The notes beneath the pieces are model-generated. The model had not been told where the DNA came from and did not search any database. It was given only the letters and a program-made list of their open reading frames with translations. Shown here piece by piece: positions 56,606 to 64,000 of a DNA stretch of 64,000 bases (positions are counted from its first letter, which is position 1; each line of letters starts with the position of its first letter). Source of the stretch: the human T2T-CHM13v2.0 reference genome, Homo sapiens. The position numbers were made by a program, and so were the translations under genes. The DNA lies in the NCBI RefSeq assembly GCF_009914755.1, contig NC_060946.1. One strand, written 5' to 3'.

Positions 56606-57058
56606 TACATTCGCTTCCTAGGGCTGCCATTAAAACTTACCACGACCTGCGTAGTTCCAGAAGCCAGAAGTCCAAAATCCAGGTGGCAGCACGTTGGTTC
56701 CATCCAGCCACTCTGAGAGGCTGTGTTCCGGGCCTCTCTCCCAGCTTTCTGTGGTAGCCAGCACTCCGTGGCACTCCTTGGCTTGTAGATGGTGTCCTCT
56801 TCCATCTCCATGTGACCTCTGGTGTCCTCTTCCATCTCCATGTGACCTCCTTTTCTTTCTGTGTCTTCTCCCTTCTCCTCTTCTGTCTCTCATAAGGATG
56901 CTTGTCACTGGATTCAGGGCCCATTTGGATAATCCAGGATGACCTCACCTCAAGATCTTTAATTTCTTAGCATCTGCATGGACCCCTTTCCAAATAGGGC
57001 CATATTTACAGGAGGAGCAGGTGGACAGATTTTGGGGCTCCACCATTCAACCCAAACC
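56606..57058 (-). mobile_element. MLT1C solo LTR with a perfect internal 30-bp duplication (56790-56849)
   Basis: 'tcctagggctgcc', 'ccttggcttgtagat', 'ggataatccaggatgacctca', 'ccattcaaccc'; flanked by catgg on both sides. Confidence 0.85.
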
Positions 57059-57509
57059 CATGGCTGAATTGCTCACCAGCTAAACCATGATTCAACAAGA
57101 CAATCAGAAGGAGGGTCCAGGGGAGCCTCATGTCACAGCTCCACACTCATTGTTGAGACGACAGCCCTCAGGGACTAGAAAGCCTGCATTATGGCATTTG
57201 ACAGAGACATAGGATTTCATTATTTCAAGCTCCCTGGAGTAGATCCAACAAGGCCCAGAGACCGCTCCTCCTGACGTGTGACATGTCATGGTTCATGGTG
57301 TCTTTCCATGCTGAGAGGGGGTGTCACCACAGCTGCAGAGGAAACCTTTGCCCGTGGACCACAGGGAAGTGCCAGAGGATGTTATCTGCCCTGCGATTCC
57401 CCCAGTGAAGCATCACTGTTGAGAAGTTTTCAGAACTGACTGTGAAGCAAGGATTCACTTTTCTTACCATACTGGTGTGTTTCTCCTAGTGTACAGGAAG
57501 GACGTGTTA

Positions 57510-57975
<466 letters not shown>

Positions 57976-58057
57976 CTAATTCTGACATTTTTCCAGATCC
58001 TAACACATGATTATTTTGTTATACTTTTTCTTCTAAATGATTTCAGGTATTCTTGTG

Positions 58058-58590
58058 GAATGAATGAAAGGTTGGCTGGATGGATCAGTGCAGGATTATG
58101 TGGATAGATGGATGGGTGAAGGATTATGGTGGATAGATGGTTGAGTGGCTTATGGTTGGGTAGATGGGTGGATGATGGATGTACAGATATAAGGGTTGAT
58201 ATGGGTGAATGGATTAGTGGATGAGTGGGTAGGTGGGTGAATGAACAGATAGGTAAATGGATGTAGAGATGGATAGATGGATGGGTGGGTTAGTGGATGG
58301 GTGAACAGATTGGTGGGTGAGTAGGTAGGTGGATGAATGAGTGGATGGGTGAACGGATGTAGAGATGGATAGATGGATGGGTGGGTTAGTGGATGGGTGA
58401 ATGGATTGGTGGATGAGTGGGTAGGTGGGTGAAGGAGTGGATGGGTACATGGATGTATAGATGGAGAGATGGATGGGTGGGTTAGTAGATGAGTAAATGT
58501 GTAGAAGGAGGGGTGAGTGATGGAAGGAGTAAAGTGGTGGTAAGGTAGATGGCTGGATATTTGGATGTTTGGATAGTTGGGTGGATGGCT
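58058..58590. repeat. Degenerate (TGGA)n simple repeat
   Basis: About 530 bp of TGGA/TGGG/TAGA variants, with a ~60-bp block recurring. Confidence 0.92.
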
Positions 58591-59069
58591 AGTTTCCAGA
58601 AAGAGGGTACTTTAAAACCATATGGACATCTGATTCCATTTTAATGACTATAAATATTTAAAATAGAATTATAACTGTTGGTCAAGATTTATCAAACTGT
58701 TCAACTTACCATAATTCTTTGATTTTTTTACATAATTCAAATACGTCATTTTATTTTCATTTTTGTTTTACCGACATTAATTTTGTGGGAATCAATTACT
58801 TTGGTTTGAATTTTACAAGTATTCAACAACAATCGGTGTGGTCATACAAATCTTCTGCGATTATACCAATGATAAACACTGTACATTTTCTTTTTAGGTG
58901 CATTCTTTCTACACAGTTTAAAATTTCCAAGTTAAATTTTGCATATTTAAAGTTTTCAAAAATGATAAGAATACATTTTACTGTGTGAAGCTTATTGCCT
59001 GACACATTTATTTTGTGTTACTTCTACCAGCAATATCATCATAAAATAAATGAAATATGCCTCTCTTAG

Positions 59070-59383
<314 letters not shown>

Positions 59384-59667
59384 TGTCTCTTATTTCAAAA
59401 GAAAGTTGTGAGAAATTTCTCTCTGATTTCCAGAGTTACTCTTTGGTTCAGGATCTATTTACCTTCCTGCCAGTGTTTGGGTTTTTTTTTTTTTTTTTGC
59501 TTACTTGTTTGTTGTTGTGTTTGAGGGGGTTTTGGAAGACCAAGAAGGGAACAGAGGAGTTAAACAGCAGAGTTGGCACAGCAGGGCCAGGCTGGCTGGG
59601 CAAGGGTTCCTCTGGAGTGAGTCCCCTGGGGCTCGTCTCTGCAAAGCCCCAGGGCTGACTGTGAAGG

Positions 59668-59879
59668 GAGGAGTGAGGTGCTTATTTCTTAGAGGGACAG
59701 ACAGCAAACGTGGTCAGCTTCGGGACAACATGGTCTTTGTCACTACTACTCAGCTCTGCCTTTGTAGCTCCAAAGCAGCTGTAGATAGATGGGGAGGGGC
59801 TGTGTGTCAATAAAACTTTATTTATAAAACCGGGCAGAGGGCCAGACTCAGCCCACAGGTCATGCTATGCAGGTCCCTG
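59668..59879. mobile_element. MER58A-like hAT-Charlie DNA transposon
   Basis: 'actactcagctctgcc..tgtagc..caaagcagc', 'ggctgtgtgtcaataaaactttattta', terminal 'ccctg' followed by 'ctctag'. Confidence 0.8.
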
Positions 59880-60989
59880 CTCTAGAGGGTCCTCGAGGGT
59901 CACCCGTGGAGCTTGTGAAATGAGGTCACATGTCACAGTCACTTTCTGAAGAGGAAAGAAAGGGTCGACAGAATACATGCATACATCCACACATGTAGCA
60001 GCATGTCTGTCTCCAGGGACCATGAGACAGAAGCAAGGACCGCCAGGAAGGCCAGCATGCTCCTGCAGCCTCACTGTCTCCTGCCCCGTGCTGCTTGCAG
60101 CCTTCATGATTATTAATGCCAAGTGGACAGCCCTCACGGCAGAGACGCCGCCTGGGGCTGCAGCCAGGGACAGCAGAGTGCCTGGGCACTTCAGTTGGAG
60201 TGGATAATGGAACAAGTGAAAAGAATGAAAATGTATCTTCCTCTTATTTTTCAGCCCTGTCCGGGATTAAAAAGCACTCTGGTGTGCAGCCTCTGATTCA
60301 TAGCTTGGCTATTCTTTGGTGGAGTTCCCTAAATATTTTGTAGCCAGCTTTGACTTGGAAATGCAGCCTTTGAAATATCTTTACTTGACCGAGAGGCCCC
60401 TAGTGACATTAAAATAATGATTATCACATATTTTGCATTTCGTTAAAAAGAGTATTGGAATAATACCACACGCATCGGTCTCACCAATGAAGGTGATTTA
60501 GGAGCAGGGCTTTGATTTGGAATGGATGGCGGCGGGGCCTCCCTCCACCTCCCATAAAAGGCCTGAGAAGAAGGAGGACTTCATCTTTACACACGGCTCT
60601 TCTGTCTGGAGGGAGCCTTATTTCTCCTTTATGCACTTTCAGGAACTCTGCTGTTTGCTGAATTTATGAAGTGGAGAGAAGGGACCTCGCTGTGCCTGCA
60701 GCCATGTGACCCTCGGAGCTTCCCTCTGCTGCAGGACCAGGGCACTCGACACTGACACCCTCCATTGCCGAGAGTGTCTCCGGATGGGACGTGAAGGCAG
60801 GCGACAACTGTGATCTTCCTTTATGATTGCAGTCCCCCATCCGCTCACGGACGCTTGACGCTTTCTTGAGCACCTGGATGCGGCAGTGACACTTCCAGGC
60901 AGGTGCTGTTGGAGCAAATAAGCAGGTCCAAATCCCCGCCCGGAGCTGCTGCCCATGCCGGGGGAGACACTCAGGACACAGACTGGCAG

Positions 60990-61270
60990 ATAACCTGCGC
61001 TGAGGGACTGGAGGATGGGAAGGGCTCGCTGGGGGAGGTGTACAGCAAGATGGGCCGGGACCCCGGGGGCAGGAGTGCAGTCGTCAGTAGGACAGCCAAG
61101 GCATCCCTAGAAGCTGGCACTTGGACCAAGCCAGAAGGGAGTGAGGGGTACAGGCAGGCTGACCGCAGGGGCAAGAAAGCAAGCGCCAGGGTCCTGAGGC
61201 AGGATAGGGAGTGGTGGGTGCCCTGGAGTGGTAAGGATGAGGACAGAGAAGTGGCAGGCCCGTGAGCATT
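60990..61270 (-). mobile_element. L2 fragment
   Basis: 'agaagggagtgagggg', 'agcgccagggtcctgaggcagga' resemble antisense L2. Confidence 0.45.
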
Positions 61271-62137
61271 GCTGAGACCTCTCAGGTCCTCAGGGAGAGG
61301 CAGGGGCCAGGGAAGGCCTTGGGGCTGACAAGCACAAGACCCACCTCTCTTGACTCCCTGGAGGAGCCCACCAGGAGGAGAGAATCTGAGGCAGCCCCAT
61401 TCCACCCACACGCCCACCCCCTCCAGCTGACTGCTCTAGCCAGACTGAACTTCTTCCAGCTTCCTGAATGTTCTCTCCACCGGGGCCCATGGGCTTCCCT
61501 CCTTTCACCCAGTGACTTGCTCTTCTAGAGGCCAGAGGAGCCTCACAAGGGATGAGCTTGCTGGGCATGGACATCCACCGGCTGCACGCAGCAGGGACAG
61601 GTGAGCCGCTCTTCCGGGAGCCCAGGCCTCCCTGTGTGCACTCTGCCAGGCCCGGCTGCTCCTCCAGGATCGGGGAGCGCAAGATCCACTCTCATGGGCT
61701 CAGGACCAAGTGGGTCCCCAGGCAGCTCTCAGGGTCACTGAGGCTTCCTCCGATCCCGTCACCGTATCCCCAACACCCCAAACGTGTGCCTCGGGCCAGA
61801 GACCTGCTTGGACCAGCCCAGCAGGAGAGCAGAGGACGTGGGGCTGACAGCCTGGTTCTGGTCCAGTGGGGGACAGCCTGGAGTGCTCGCTGAGGAGGCA
61901 GAGATGACCCTGAGGGTCCTGGGGAGATGTTGCCATGCCCAGAGGGACCCGGACAGGAGGGAGGCACTGGGTGTGTTTCCTCCCGCATCGGCCCCGGGCC
62001 GTCAGGGGTTCAGAGAGGTCAGCTCCTGGGAAGTGCCCAGGGGGGCTGAGGATGGCCATGATCTGAATGTCCGCTTGGCTCACCAGGTGGCCCAAGAAGC
62101 CCTATAGACGCTCATCCTTGGAAGCCTGACTCTAGGC

Positions 62138-62691
62138 TCTGTCCACCCTGAGCCAATGTCTCTGACGACCAGCAGAGTAGCCAGAATAGGTTCAGAATGG
62201 CTGTTCAAGGGAGTGTGTTGGCGTGCAAGTGCAACCTTGAACAGGTGGAAACGTGTTTGTCATTGTGCCGGGAGCTCGGCCCGTAGTGGCTGGAGCAGCA
62301 GCCAGAGGCCTTGGTCCAAGGCAGGGGCGCAGGAAGGACCATCCCTATTTCTCTGAGATTCCCGAGTCCTGTCCAGCTGGACTTCAACTGGGTCAGAGCC
62401 ACCCTTTGGAGGAGTCCTCAGTGGTGGTTCACCCCCAGGAAATGCGCCCTTGAGTCATGAGGATGGCGTCGGACCGGTGACCAAGGCCGGGCTGTAATAG
62501 AGAAAGCTCAGCAGAGCCTTGGACCCAGTAATGGAGAAGGCAGAGCACAGACAGGATGCCTGACAGGCTCTGTCTCCAGGAACACAGGAAGGGGGACACA
62601 GGACATCAGGGACCTCCAGGAAGATGGCACATTGGACCCATTCTGGTTGCTCTGCTGGTCAGCAGAGACATCGGCTCGGAGGGGGGATAGA
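62138..62691. repeat. Inverted repeat pair (arms about 62138-62194 and 62633-62691)
   Basis: 47-bp core matches its reverse complement at 39/47; 438-bp spacer. Confidence 0.88.
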
Positions 62692-63369
62692 CTCCACCTT
62701 CCTTACACACTTCCTGCTCCCATGGGCTGCCCTCTGCTGTGTATCCTACTGCATGGCAGTGAGCACACCTGGGAAGGGCACACCTGAGCAAGCACACCTG
62801 GGCAGGGCCTCCCTGTCCCAGGTACCCCCGCTGCACAGGGTCGGGATGAGTGCTGCTGCCTGCCCCTGGAGTGGGTCTGCAAGTGATTGTGGGCACAGGG
62901 GATTCTGCTCTGCATATCTAACAATTATTCCTTCCCTGCAGTCCTCCCCAAGATCAAGAGTTGGGGGTAAGCAGGGACTCCCCCTCTGCAGCCTCAGAAC
63001 TCAGCTGCTTTCATCAAACCAACTCTTGCTGCAGGACCAGCACGAGGCCATCTGTCCATGGTGGGCCCTCTGGCTTCCAGTTCTTGGCAGGCATGCTGTC
63101 CAGCCAGAACCCCTCTGAGAAAAAGGTCAGTGTGCCTGAAACCCATCCCACGGCAGAGGGAGATGGAGGGACTTCAGTCCCAGTCTCGCATCATCCCACT
63201 GCCTACCCTGAGGCATCATGGGCAGCCACCAGCGTCTCTGCATGTAGCCCAGGACCCTGTGGCCATCTCCAGGGGGTGGGGGTCACAGTGTCGTGCGCGT
63301 GTCTGCACCTCAATGCTGAGCACTTTCTAGAACTCTCATAACTCTGGATGGATTGCACATGTGACCTTC

Positions 63370-63530
63370 CAGGCAGTGTCCCAAAGCTCTGTGTGTGCTG
63401 GGTCCCTTAATCTTACTACAATCCAGTAAGGGAGGGACTGTGTGACCCCAGCTGCAAAGCAGAACACTGAGGCACAGGGGAGTGAAGCCCCCGGCCCGAT
63501 AACGAAGAGGAGGAGCAAGGATGTGAGCAG
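63370..63530 (-). mobile_element. MIR SINE
   Basis: 'ttaatcttactacaatccagtaaggg...gaacactgaggcacaggggagtgaag'. Confidence 0.65.
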
Positions 63531-64000
63531 ACCTGCTGAGGTCTGGTGCGCTTGGCCACAAGCCATGCTGGAAAAGCGCTTGGGCTGGATGAGCGGATGT
63601 GAGCAGCCCGCAGGGGGAGGGTGCCCACAGGTCTAGGCCCACCTGGTGAGGAGGCCACTCTGCTCGCTGTGGGTGGGCGGGAGGAGGATTTTACATGCTC
63701 CACCCTTTCCATGGCGAAACACCCCTTCTTGTCCTCCCTCTCCCTGCCAGGCCCTGCAGTGACTGCTTTCTATGCCTGAGACCTGCAGAGAGTGGGTCAA
63801 TAGGGCTGGGAACAAAGGCCCCCACTGATGGGCAGAATGGATTTCTGTCAATCTGCAACCAAAACAATGGCTTTGCACGTGGGGTTTCCATGGGCAGGAG
63901 CTAGCCTCTGTAGAGAGCGTGAAGGGTTTGCAAACACCGGACCTGAGGACCTGGAGCCCAAGAGTCACGGGAAGAGCTGGGATCATGGGGTGTCACCTTC

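Overview
This is primate (almost certainly human) non-coding DNA, intergenic or deep-intronic. I find no credible protein-coding gene, RNA gene, CRISPR array or clear CpG island. The ORFs I could interpret are low-complexity, Alu- or L1-derived, or tandem-repeat readthrough, and none of the rest resembles a protein I recognise. The window holds about 20 Alus (several with clear target-site duplications, TSDs), nested old L1 blocks (19.5-25.9 kb on +, 43-47.7 kb on -), MaLR and ERV solo LTRs, a few DNA transposons, MIR/L2 relics, two long pure-purine microsatellites and many minisatellites or tandem duplications. I cannot support a new biological system. The most notable observations are structural: two inverted duplications of similar divergence (39.9/41.3 kb and 62.1/62.7 kb); an Alu carrying a short insertion copied from an LTR about 1 kb upstream; three other Alus with templated micro-rearrangements; a 16-bp minisatellite with a 96-bp higher-order period; and several repeat-free motif clusters that may be enhancers. 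Repeat subfamily names come from my recollection of consensus sequences, not a database search. Boundaries of old elements are approximate, and I could not identify the locus.
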